Positions 38,976 to 46,678 of a stretch of 64,000 nt of DNA are shown here, in pieces. The stretch comes from Sphingomonas sp. (GTDB lineage Bacteria; Pseudomonadota; Alphaproteobacteria; Sphingomonadales; Sphingomonadaceae). The stretch spans positions 457 to 64,456 of the forward strand of contig JBJXEC010000004.1 in the NCBI GenBank assembly GCA_046155125.1, given 5' to 3'. Every line of letters begins with the position of its first letter. Position 1 is the first letter of the stretch. The position numbers were made by a program, and so were the translations under genes. The notes under the pieces are model-generated. The model did no database searches. It was not told the origin of the DNA and saw nothing but the letters and a program-made list of their open reading frames with translations.

Positions 38976-40357
38976 GCACGGCACCCAAGTTCGACGCGCT
39001 CGATTTCAACGGCGCGATTGCTTCAGGCGATGAAGCGTCGGCCCGCGCGACCATCCTCGATATGGTTGCGGACTATGCCCGCGCCTTCCATTCGCCAAAG
39101 CCGTTTGTACCCGGTCAAAGCGCGGTGCCGGTGTCTGGCAAGGTTTATGGCGCGCCGGAAATGCAGTCGCTGGTGGATTCGGCGCTCGATTTCTGGCTCA
39201 CCACCGGCCGCTTCAACGACGCTTTCGAGGCGCGGCTGGCCGAGCGGCTGGGCGTGCGGCACGCGCTCTCCGTCAATTCGGGGTCATCGGCAAACCTGCT
39301 CGCGCTGTCGTCGCTGACGTCGCATTATCTGCGCGGCGATGCCCTGAAAGCGGGCGATGAGGTGATTACGGTTGCAACCGGCTTTCCAACGACGGTCAAC
39401 CCCTCGCTGCAATATGGCCTGGTGCCGGTGTTCGTCGATGTCGACATTCCAACGTACAACATAATGCCGGAGATGATCGAGGCGGCAGTGTCGCCCAAGA
39501 CCCGCGCCATCATGATCGCCCACACGCTTGGCAACCCGTTTGACCTTGCCGAAGTGATGCGCGTTGCCGAAAAGTATAATCTTTGGGTCGTTGAGGATTG
39601 TTGCGATGCGCTGGGCGCGACCTATGCTGGCCAGGGCGTTGGCACCTTTGGCCATATCGGCACGCTGAGCTTTTACCCCGCGCATCATATTACCATGGGC
39701 GAGGGCGGTGCGGTGTTTACCGACAAGCCGCGGCTGAAGCGCGTTATCGAATCGATGCGCGACTGGGGCCGGGATTGCTGGTGCGCGCCGGGCAAAGACA
39801 ATACGTGCGGCAAGCGCTTTGCCCGCAAGCTCGGCGACCTGCCGATGGGTTATGACCATAAATATACCTATAGTCATGCCGGGTATAACCTGAAGATCAC
39901 TGATATGCAGGCCGCGGTTGGCCTGTCGCAAATGGACCGGCTGGATGATTTCATCGCCGCGCGCCGGGCGAATTTTGCCTTGCTGACGGAATTGCTTCGC
40001 CCGCTTGAAGAGGTGTTCATTCTGCCGGAAGCGACGGCCAACAGCGACCCTTCATGGTTTGGCTATCCGATTACGGTGCGGCAGGGGGCGCGGTTCACCC
40101 GCGATGCTCTCGTCCAGCATCTCGATGCGCATCGGATTGGCACGCGGCTGTTGTTTGGCGGCAATTTAATCCGCCAGCCTTACATGCGGGGCCGCGAGTA
40201 CCGCGTGGTGGGCGATTTGGCCAATGCCAACATCGTCACCGACAATACATTCTGGATCGGCCTTTTCCCGGGCCTCACTCAAGATCATATTGGTTATGCG
40301 ACCGCGCAAATTAAGGACTTTGTTAACCATCAAGGGCATATCACTGGCATCACCTAA
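38972..40357 (+). CDS. rfbH: CDP-6-deoxy-D-xylo-4-hexulose-3-dehydrase (E1; RfbH/DdhC), DegT/DnrJ/EryC1 family
   Basis: 461 aa. The active-site position carries His instead of Lys ([12 protein letters not shown]). A four-Cys spacing C-X57-C-X1-C-X7-C runs from EDCC to [16 protein letters not shown] overlap with rfbG. Confidence 0.88.
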   Translation: MSTAPKFDALDFNGAIASGDEASARATILDMVADYARAFHSPKPFVPGQSAVPVSGKVYGAPEMQSLVDSALDFWLTTGRFNDAFEARLAERLGVRHALSVNSGSSANLLALSSLTSHYLRGDALKAGDEVITVATGFPTTVNPSLQYGLVPVFVDVDIPTYNIMPEMIEAAVSPKTRAIMIAHTLGNPFDLAEVMRVAEKYNLWVVEDCCDALGATYAGQGVGTFGHIGTLSFYPAHHITMGEGGAVFTDKPRLKRVIESMRDWGRDCWCAPGKDNTCGKRFARKLGDLPMGYDHKYTYSHAGYNLKITDMQAAVGLSQMDRLDDFIAARRANFALLTELLRPLEEVFILPEATANSDPSWFGYPITVRQGARFTRDALVQHLDAHRIGTRLLFGGNLIRQPYMRGREYRVVGDLANANIVTDNTFWIGLFPGLTQDHIGYATAQIKDFVNHQGHITGIT

Positions 40358-40386
40358 TCGGCGGGAAGACACGGGGGATCGCCACG

Positions 40387-41193
40387 GTGAATAGCTACGA
40401 AAAGCGGATGTGCGACATTTTGCGCGAAGGCGCCGACATTGGCGGCTTTCTGGCCGTTAAGGCGGAGTTCGAAGCAGAGGGGACGCGCACCGACGAGCTG
40501 CTCCGCTTGCTGGAAATTGCCCGGCGTGCCGGCGTCAACGTTGGTGTGAAGATTGGCGGGTGCGAAGCGATCCGCGATCTCATCGAATGCCGGCAATTTG
40601 GCGTGGATTACGTCATCGCACCCATGGTTGAGACGCCCTATGCGCTCTCCAAATTTGTGGCTGCGCGTGACAAGGTCTTCACACAGGAGGAGCGCGCCGA
40701 TATCGGCTTTCTGTTCAATGTCGAGACGATCACGACCTTCAACAACTTGGTGGCGATGGGCGAAATCGCTGGCCGCGACAAAGTTGGCATGGTGTTCGGC
40801 CGCGTTGACTTTGCCGGATCGCTGGCGCTGGACCGTCGGGCGGTGAACACGCCCGAGACGACCGATGCCGTGGTGCGCGTCGCAGAAGTGGCAGCCGAGC
40901 ATGATGTCGATCTGGTCGTAGGCGGTGGCGTCAGCCCCGAAGCGGTCGACTCGCTGGTGCGGGTGCGCAAAACGAAGCTGACGCGCTTTGAAACCCGCAA
41001 GATCATTTTTGATGCCGCTTGCCTGGAAGACGGCCGGGTGATGGCGGGGCTTGCCCTCGCGATCGAGTTCGAGCTGCTGTGGCTCAAGAACAAGCGCGAC
41101 TATTATCAGACGATCGGCAGCGAAGACGATGCCCGGATCATGATGATGGAAGCCCGTCAGCGTATCAAGGCTCCGTTGCGCGGTATCGCCTGA
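40387..41193 (+). CDS. HpcH/HpaI aldolase / citrate-lyase-beta-like TIM-barrel protein (family call tentative)
   Basis: 268 aa. It has a KIGG...DYVIAPMVETPYA block reminiscent of PEP/pyruvate-binding TIM barrels. The start is GTG 40387 or ATG 40408. Confidence 0.55.
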   Translation: MNSYEKRMCDILREGADIGGFLAVKAEFEAEGTRTDELLRLLEIARRAGVNVGVKIGGCEAIRDLIECRQFGVDYVIAPMVETPYALSKFVAARDKVFTQEERADIGFLFNVETITTFNNLVAMGEIAGRDKVGMVFGRVDFAGSLALDRRAVNTPETTDAVVRVAEVAAEHDVDLVVGGGVSPEAVDSLVRVRKTKLTRFETRKIIFDAACLEDGRVMAGLALAIEFELLWLKNKRDYYQTIGSEDDARIMMMEARQRIKAPLRGIA

Positions 41194-41235
41194 CCTGATT
41201 TTTCCCCAAAGCGACGGGAGGGGCGATTGGCCCGA

Positions 41236-43092
41236 ATGCGCGTTGCCGATGTGATCGCCCAAACGCTGGTTGCCGGCGGCGTGACCGATATGTTCATGCT
41301 GACCGGCGGCGGCGCCATGCACCTGAACGATGCGTTCGGGCGGGTGGAGGGTCTGAAGCGGCACTTCAACCACCATGAACAGGCCAGTGCGATTGCGGCG
41401 GAGAGCTATGCCCGGCTGTCGGGGCGGATGGCGGCGGTAAACGTCACGACCGGACCCGGCGGCGTCAACGCACTGAACGGCGTGTACGGCGCCTATGTCG
41501 ACTCCATTCCAATGATTATCGTGTCTGGCCAGGTTAAGCGGGAGACTTTCGCGCCCAATTTCGCGCTCGCATTGCGGCAGCTTGGCGACCAGGAAGTCGA
41601 TATTGTGGGCATGGTGCGCGGCATCACCAAATATGCGGTGGTGCTCGACCGGCCTGAGGATGTGCTCAGGATCGTTGGCAAGGCGCTGTGGCTTGCGCGG
41701 CGCGGGCGCGCCGGGCCGGTGTGGATTGACGTGCCGATTGACGTGCAGGGCGCGGTTGTCGAGGTTGAAGCGCTCGACGCATTCGATCCGTCGAGCCTTA
41801 GCCGTGATGGCGAGGCGGCCAATACTGCGGCCGAGGAAGCGGCGCTTGTCGGCGCGGCGCTGGGCGCTGAAGTTGCAGCAATGCTTGGCGAGTTCTGCGC
41901 AGCTGAGCGGCCACTGGTGCTGGTCGGGTCCGGTATCAGGCTGTCGGACACGCACGCGCAGTTCCTGGATTTCATCGAGCGGGTTGGCGCGCCCGTTGTG
42001 ACCGGCTGGAACGCACATGATGCCCTACCTAACGCGCACCCGCTTTATGCCGGACGCCCCGGCACCGTCGGTGATCGCGCCGGGAATTTCGCGGTGCAGT
42101 CCGCCGATTATCTGCTGGTGCTCGGCTCGCGGCTTAACATCCGCCAGATCAGCTATAACTGGAGGTCGTTTGCGTCGGGCGCGCGGATCGCGATGGTGGA
42201 CATTGACCGCGCCGAGCTCGCAAAGCCGACGCTTGCGCTGCACCGGCCGATCCATGCCGATCTTCGCGATTTCTTCGCCGCCGCCGCAGCGATTCCGCTG
42301 GCGGTTGGGCAGGAAAGCGCCCGCGCCGCCTTTGTCGCGCGCTGCCGCGACCGAAGCGAGCAGTTCCCGGTCGTGCTCGATGACTATTGGGCAACGCCCG
42401 CGCCGGTAAATCCCTATTGCTTCACGCAGGCGCTGTTCGATGCGCTGGAGGTGGGCGATGTGGTGGTGTGTGGCGACGGCACGGCTTGCGTAACCACTTT
42501 CCAGGCGGCCAATCTGAAGCCCGGCCAGCGACTTTACACCAATTCGGGCTGTGCCTCGATGGGGTATGATCTGCCTGCCGCCATTGGTGCGGTTCATGCA
42601 GGCGTTGCGCGGCGGATCATTTGTCTTGCCGGCGATGGCAGCATCATGATGAACCTGCAGGAATTGCAGACGATTGCTGGCGAGCGGCTGCCGATCAAGA
42701 TTTTTGTGCTCAACAATGATGGCTATCACTCGATCCGTCAGACGCAGCAGAATTATTTCGCCGATAACATTGTGGGTTGCGGGCCCGATAGCGGGCTGAG
42801 CTTTCCCGATTTCGTCAAAGTCGCCGCCGCCTTCGGCCTGGCGACAAGCCGTGTCGATACCCATGCCGCGCTCGCCGGCGCGATTGGCGCAGCGATCGCC
42901 GGCGACGGCCCGTCGCTATGCGAAGTCATTATCGACAAGGAGCAAGGCTTTGCGCCCAAGCTCGCCTCGCGGCGGCTCGATGATGGCACGATGGTGTCGC
43001 CCGCGCTGCACGACATGGCCCCGTTCCTGCCGCGCGATGTGCTTGCGGCGGCGCTCGACCGGGAACCCGACAAAAACGCCGAGGCAGCATGA
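41236..43092 (+). CDS. thiamine-diphosphate-dependent enzyme, acetolactate-synthase-like three-domain type (YerE-like candidate)
   Basis: 618 aa. The N-terminal Pyr domain reads MLTGGGAMHLNDAF...HHEQASAIAAESYAR. The ThDP-binding motif is GDGSIMMNLQELQTIAGERLPIKIFVLNNDGY (GDG-X-NN). Confidence 0.85.
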   Translation: MRVADVIAQTLVAGGVTDMFMLTGGGAMHLNDAFGRVEGLKRHFNHHEQASAIAAESYARLSGRMAAVNVTTGPGGVNALNGVYGAYVDSIPMIIVSGQVKRETFAPNFALALRQLGDQEVDIVGMVRGITKYAVVLDRPEDVLRIVGKALWLARRGRAGPVWIDVPIDVQGAVVEVEALDAFDPSSLSRDGEAANTAAEEAALVGAALGAEVAAMLGEFCAAERPLVLVGSGIRLSDTHAQFLDFIERVGAPVVTGWNAHDALPNAHPLYAGRPGTVGDRAGNFAVQSADYLLVLGSRLNIRQISYNWRSFASGARIAMVDIDRAELAKPTLALHRPIHADLRDFFAAAAAIPLAVGQESARAAFVARCRDRSEQFPVVLDDYWATPAPVNPYCFTQALFDALEVGDVVVCGDGTACVTTFQAANLKPGQRLYTNSGCASMGYDLPAAIGAVHAGVARRIICLAGDGSIMMNLQELQTIAGERLPIKIFVLNNDGYHSIRQTQQNYFADNIVGCGPDSGLSFPDFVKVAAAFGLATSRVDTHAALAGAIGAAIAGDGPSLCEVIIDKEQGFAPKLASRRLDDGTMVSPALHDMAPFLPRDVLAAALDREPDKNAEAA

Positions 43093-43751
43093 CGCTCGCG
43101 GCGATTTTCGACCTCGATGGTACGCTGGTTGACAGTGCGGCAATCTGTGCCGCGATCCTGAATGCGATGCTCACCGAGCGTGGCGCGCCTGCGGTGCTTG
43201 CCCGGGCCGAGGTTGTGCCGCAGCTGAGCGCGGGCGGGCCGCAAATGGTGGCGGCCTTGCTGGGCGTGTATTGCGGCGATCCGGCACGCGATATCGCGGC
43301 GTTTCGCGCGCGCTATGCGGCAATGCAAACCCCGGCTGACAGCCTGTATCCTGAGGTTCGCTCCGGGCTCAATGTGTTGCACCGGCGCGGGGTGCGGCTG
43401 GGGATTTGTTCCAACAAACCGCAGAATTTGTGCGAAAAGGTGCTGGGTGATCTCGAATTGGCGTCGCTGTTTGTAACAATCGTTGGCGGGCGACCTGCGT
43501 TGCCGCCCAAGCCCGCGCCAGATTTGCTGTTCCAGGCCATGCGGCAAATGGGTGCCGCGCCAGCATCGACGCGGTTTGTCGGTGATAGCGCGCTTGATGG
43601 TGCGTGCGCGCGTGCGGCCGGAGTTACGTTTCTGGGCGTTGCCTATGGGTATGACGCGCTCGACACGCCCGAGTGCCATGCGCGCTTTGGCGATGTAGTC
43701 GATGCGCTGCTGCAAGGCGCCGGCGCGCCGGCCGGAGCGGTTGCCGCATGA
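43089..43751 (+). CDS. HAD family hydrolase (phosphoglycolate-phosphatase-like)
   Basis: It has HAD motif I (IFDLDGTLVDS), then SNK, then a C-terminal GDS..D. ATGA overlaps on both sides. Confidence 0.85.
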   Translation: MTLAAIFDLDGTLVDSAAICAAILNAMLTERGAPAVLARAEVVPQLSAGGPQMVAALLGVYCGDPARDIAAFRARYAAMQTPADSLYPEVRSGLNVLHRRGVRLGICSNKPQNLCEKVLGDLELASLFVTIVGGRPALPPKPAPDLLFQAMRQMGAAPASTRFVGDSALDGACARAAGVTFLGVAYGYDALDTPECHARFGDVVDALLQGAGAPAGAVAA

Positions 43752-44722
43752 CTGTACCGACCCTTCCCGCACACGTCGCCCAAGCGCTGGCGCGGGCGGG
43801 CAAGCGCGTTATCCTTACTGGTGCGAGCGGCTGGCTCGGGCTGGCGACGCTGGAGCTGCTTGAAGGCGTGTTTGGCGCTGCCTTGGCGAGCCGCGTGGTG
43901 TGTTTCGGCGGATCGGCACGCACGCTTGGGCTGCGGTCTGGCACCCGGATCAATCAGTACCCGCTCGACTCAATCGCAGCGCTTGAGCCGATGCCCTCAA
44001 TGGTGCTGCACTTCGCCGCCTTGACGCGCGACCGCGCCGAGGTGATGGCAGAAGCCGACTATCGCGCCTCTGCTCTCGGCATCCGTACCACCGTGCTGGC
44101 AGCGCTTGGCCGGTGCGGCGCGGACGCGGTGTTCCTGGCCTCGTCCGGCGCGGCGGCCCGCGTGGAGGACGCAGCGGCGCCGGCAGCACTTCGTTGCTAT
44201 GGCGACGTCAAGCGCGACGACGAACAGGCGCTTGCCGACTGGGCCGAGGCGACCGGCAATAGCGCGGTGATCGCGCGGATCTTCAATGTGTCGGGCCCCT
44301 ATATCAACAAGACCGGGCATTATGCGCTGTCCACCTTCATTTCGGCAGCACTGGCCGGGCAGCCAATCCGGATAAACGCCGGCCACCGCGTCGAGCGCGG
44401 TTATGTCGCGATCCGCGAATTGATGGCGGTGGTGCTGGCCGAGCTTATCGACAGTACCAGCATGTGCCGCTTCGACGCTGGCGGTGATCCTGTCGAGCTT
44501 GGCACGCTTGCCCAATTGGTCAGCGACGTGCTGGGTCCCGTGCCCATTGTCCGCGCGGCAGCGGCTGACGCGCCGGTTGATCGATATGTCGGCAATGCCA
44601 CTGTGTACCAGACATTGCTCGCCAAGCACCGGATTGCGCCGGTGCCGCTCGCGACTCAAATCGTCGAAACCGCCGACTGGCTCGCCATTGGCGGCACGTC
44701 GGCCGACCGGTGCGCTGCGTGA
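43748..44722 (+). CDS. NAD-dependent epimerase/dehydratase family (extended SDR) protein
   Basis: Trimmed to ATG 43748. It has the Rossmann motif VILTGASGWLGLATLELL and the catalytic YGDVK (YxxxK). Confidence 0.75.
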   Translation: MTVPTLPAHVAQALARAGKRVILTGASGWLGLATLELLEGVFGAALASRVVCFGGSARTLGLRSGTRINQYPLDSIAALEPMPSMVLHFAALTRDRAEVMAEADYRASALGIRTTVLAALGRCGADAVFLASSGAAARVEDAAAPAALRCYGDVKRDDEQALADWAEATGNSAVIARIFNVSGPYINKTGHYALSTFISAALAGQPIRINAGHRVERGYVAIRELMAVVLAELIDSTSMCRFDAGGDPVELGTLAQLVSDVLGPVPIVRAAAADAPVDRYVGNATVYQTLLAKHRIAPVPLATQIVETADWLAIGGTSADRCAA

Positions 44723-44739
44723 CGGTGCCCGGCAGTATC

Positions 44740-45351
44740 ATGGCGTCGCTCATCGCCATCCCCGGCATCCGCGATTGGCGGCTGCGCTGGGCGCTTGTGG
44801 GCATGGCGCTGTTCGTCTGCGGCCTGCTAACATTGTACCCGACCCAATACCGCGCGTCGGCGCTGCTCGCGCCCGCATCGCTTGCCGATATCGGGCTTGG
44901 CGGCACGCTTGGCCAGCCGCTCGCCGTCACCAGCATTTTCGGGGTAAAGGCGCCGGCTGAAGTCGGGCTGGCGATCGCGCGGAGTGCGCCGGTCCGTGCC
45001 CGGGCCGCACGGTTGCTGTGCATTGCGCCCGCCCGCCAGGAGGCAAATGTCATCGTGCGCAGCGCGCGGGGGGGGCTGGTGCTGGTGGAAGCGCGCGATG
45101 CCAGCGCCAACAACGCGCTCGCGCTGGTGGCGTCGCACGTCGCGGCGATGCGGGTGGAACTTGCCGCGCTGTCGCTGCGGGAACGGAGCCGTGCGCGGGC
45201 GTCGTGGCTGCTCATTGACCCGCCCCATGTCGATGTCGGCCGGCCGATCAACTCGCGGCCGCTTGCCGTTGGCGCGCTGATCCTGCTGCTCGCGACCGTC
45301 ATGGAAGTGTATCGCAGGCGGCCGCCGCTGGGTGTCAGGACGGCGCGATGA
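44740..45351 (+). CDS. small bitopic membrane protein, Wzz/PCP-like (tentative)
   Basis: An N-terminal TM is followed by YPTQYRASALL (Wzz-like P-x-Y-x-A). A soluble middle part and a C-terminal TM with a proline-rich tail follow. At about 200 aa it is much shorter than canonical PCPs. The stop overlaps the GT2 start. Confidence 0.4.
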   Translation: MASLIAIPGIRDWRLRWALVGMALFVCGLLTLYPTQYRASALLAPASLADIGLGGTLGQPLAVTSIFGVKAPAEVGLAIARSAPVRARAARLLCIAPARQEANVIVRSARGGLVLVEARDASANNALALVASHVAAMRVELAALSLRERSRARASWLLIDPPHVDVGRPINSRPLAVGALILLLATVMEVYRRRPPLGVRTAR

Positions 45352-46280
45352 CCATCAGCGACGGGCCGGAAATCTCGGTCGTCATTCCGTGCCGCAACGA
45401 AGCGGCAAATGTTGTTGCGATGGCCGCCGCCGTCACAGCAGCGCTGGATGCGGTTAGTGCGACATTCGAGCTCATCTTCATCGACAATGCGTCAACCGAC
45501 ACCACCGCCGCGCTGGTGCGCAATCTGTGCGCCGCTGACCCGCGGATAAAGCTCATCATCAATGCCCGCAATTTCGGCCAGATGCGCTCGCCCACCTATG
45601 GCATTTTCCAGGCGCGTGGCCGGGCGGTGATCGGCATGTGCTGCGACTTTCAGGATCCGCCGGATTTGCTTGGACGCTTTGTCGAGCGGTGGCGCAGCGG
45701 CACTGACATCGTGCTCGGGGTCCGTGAGAGCGAGCGCTCCGGCTGGCGGCTTAAAACAGCGCGCAACCTTGCTTATGGTTTTGCCCTGCGGTTCGGTGAT
45801 TACCCGGTCGTGCGCGATGCGACGGGCTTTGGTTTATATGATGCAAAAGTGGTGCGCGCGATCGCTGCACTCAATGAGCCCGAGCCGTTCTTTCGCGGTA
45901 TGCTCGCCGAAACCGGGTTCAGCATTGCGACCATTCATTACGCACGGCCCGCGCGCGCGGGCGGCAAGTCGAACAATGGCTTCTTCGCGCTGCTCGATTT
46001 TGCGCTGTCCAGCCTGGCCAGCACTTCCAAGAAGCTGATCCGGGTGCCCTTCTATCTTGGGGTAATGGGCATCGCTGCGTCGCTCATGATGCTGCCCGTC
46101 TTGGCGCTCGCGGCACTGGGTGGTGGTGCCTGGCTTGGCTGGCTTGCGGCGAGCGCTGTCGAGCTGCAACTGGGGCTGTTGTTTCTGTTCCTCGGGATCA
46201 TCGGCGATCAGGTTCGGCTGGTATCGGAGCGAACGCGCGGCACGCCGTTGGTCATCGAACGCGAACGGGTTAATTTCTGA
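45348..46280 (+). CDS. family 2 glycosyltransferase, GtrB/ArnC-like polyprenyl-phosphate glycosyltransferase
   Basis: It has VVIPCRNEA, FIDNASTD and CCDFQDPP motifs plus two C-terminal TM helices, as in GtrB-type enzymes. Confidence 0.85.
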   Translation: MTISDGPEISVVIPCRNEAANVVAMAAAVTAALDAVSATFELIFIDNASTDTTAALVRNLCAADPRIKLIINARNFGQMRSPTYGIFQARGRAVIGMCCDFQDPPDLLGRFVERWRSGTDIVLGVRESERSGWRLKTARNLAYGFALRFGDYPVVRDATGFGLYDAKVVRAIAALNEPEPFFRGMLAETGFSIATIHYARPARAGGKSNNGFFALLDFALSSLASTSKKLIRVPFYLGVMGIAASLMMLPVLALAALGGGAWLGWLAASAVELQLGLLFLFLGIIGDQVRLVSERTRGTPLVIERERVNF

Positions 46281-46678
46281 TGGCGCGGCACCAGTTTATC
46301 GCAGCGCCGCCTGTGGCGACATCGCTTGCGCAATTGTTGCGCTATTATCAGGTGGGCTTGGTCAATACTGGCTTTGGCTTTGCCTGTTATGCGGGGCTGG
46401 TGGCGCTTGGTCTCAACATCTTTGCGGCACAACTCGTCGCTTACGTGGCTGGCGCAAGCTTTAACTACATCACCTATCGACGCTTCGTTTTTGTCGGCGC
46501 AGCGCCTGCGGGCCGGCGGTTTGCGGCATCCTATCTTGTGCATTATCTGCTGAGCGCTGCCATCCTGGCCGGGCTGGTTCGCCTTATCCCATCGCCCTAT
46601 CTCGCTGGCCTGGTCACGGTGCTGGTCGCGTCGCTGGTCAATTATGTCGCGCTCAAGCGCCTGGTGTTTGCCCGGTGA
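46280..46678 (+). CDS. GtrA family membrane protein (putative lipid-linked sugar translocase)
   Basis: 132 aa with four TM helices. It has a GtrA-like pattern (YYQVGLVNTGFGFACY, FNYITYRRFVF, VNYVALKRLVF). Confidence 0.8.
   Translation: MARHQFIAAPPVATSLAQLLRYYQVGLVNTGFGFACYAGLVALGLNIFAAQLVAYVAGASFNYITYRRFVFVGAAPAGRRFAASYLVHYLLSAAILAGLVRLIPSPYLAGLVTVLVASLVNYVALKRLVFAR

Noticed and set aside
40354-42018. 554-aa minus-strand ORF covering the aldolase-like and ThDP enzyme genes.
   Set aside because: It is antisense to two ORFs with clear family motifs. Its translation is Arg/His/Pro/Gly-rich low-complexity sequence without any motif. This is a typical shadow ORF of a high-GC genome.
40387-43092. 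Reading the TIM-barrel protein plus ThDP enzyme as a phosphonate pair (PEP mutase plus phosphonopyruvate decarboxylase).
   Set aside because: The ThDP protein has the full three-domain acetolactate-synthase-like length (618 aa), not the shorter decarboxylase form. No aminotransferase or phosphonate-specific genes follow. The flanking genes are CDP-sugar enzymes. It is kept only as an alternative to test.
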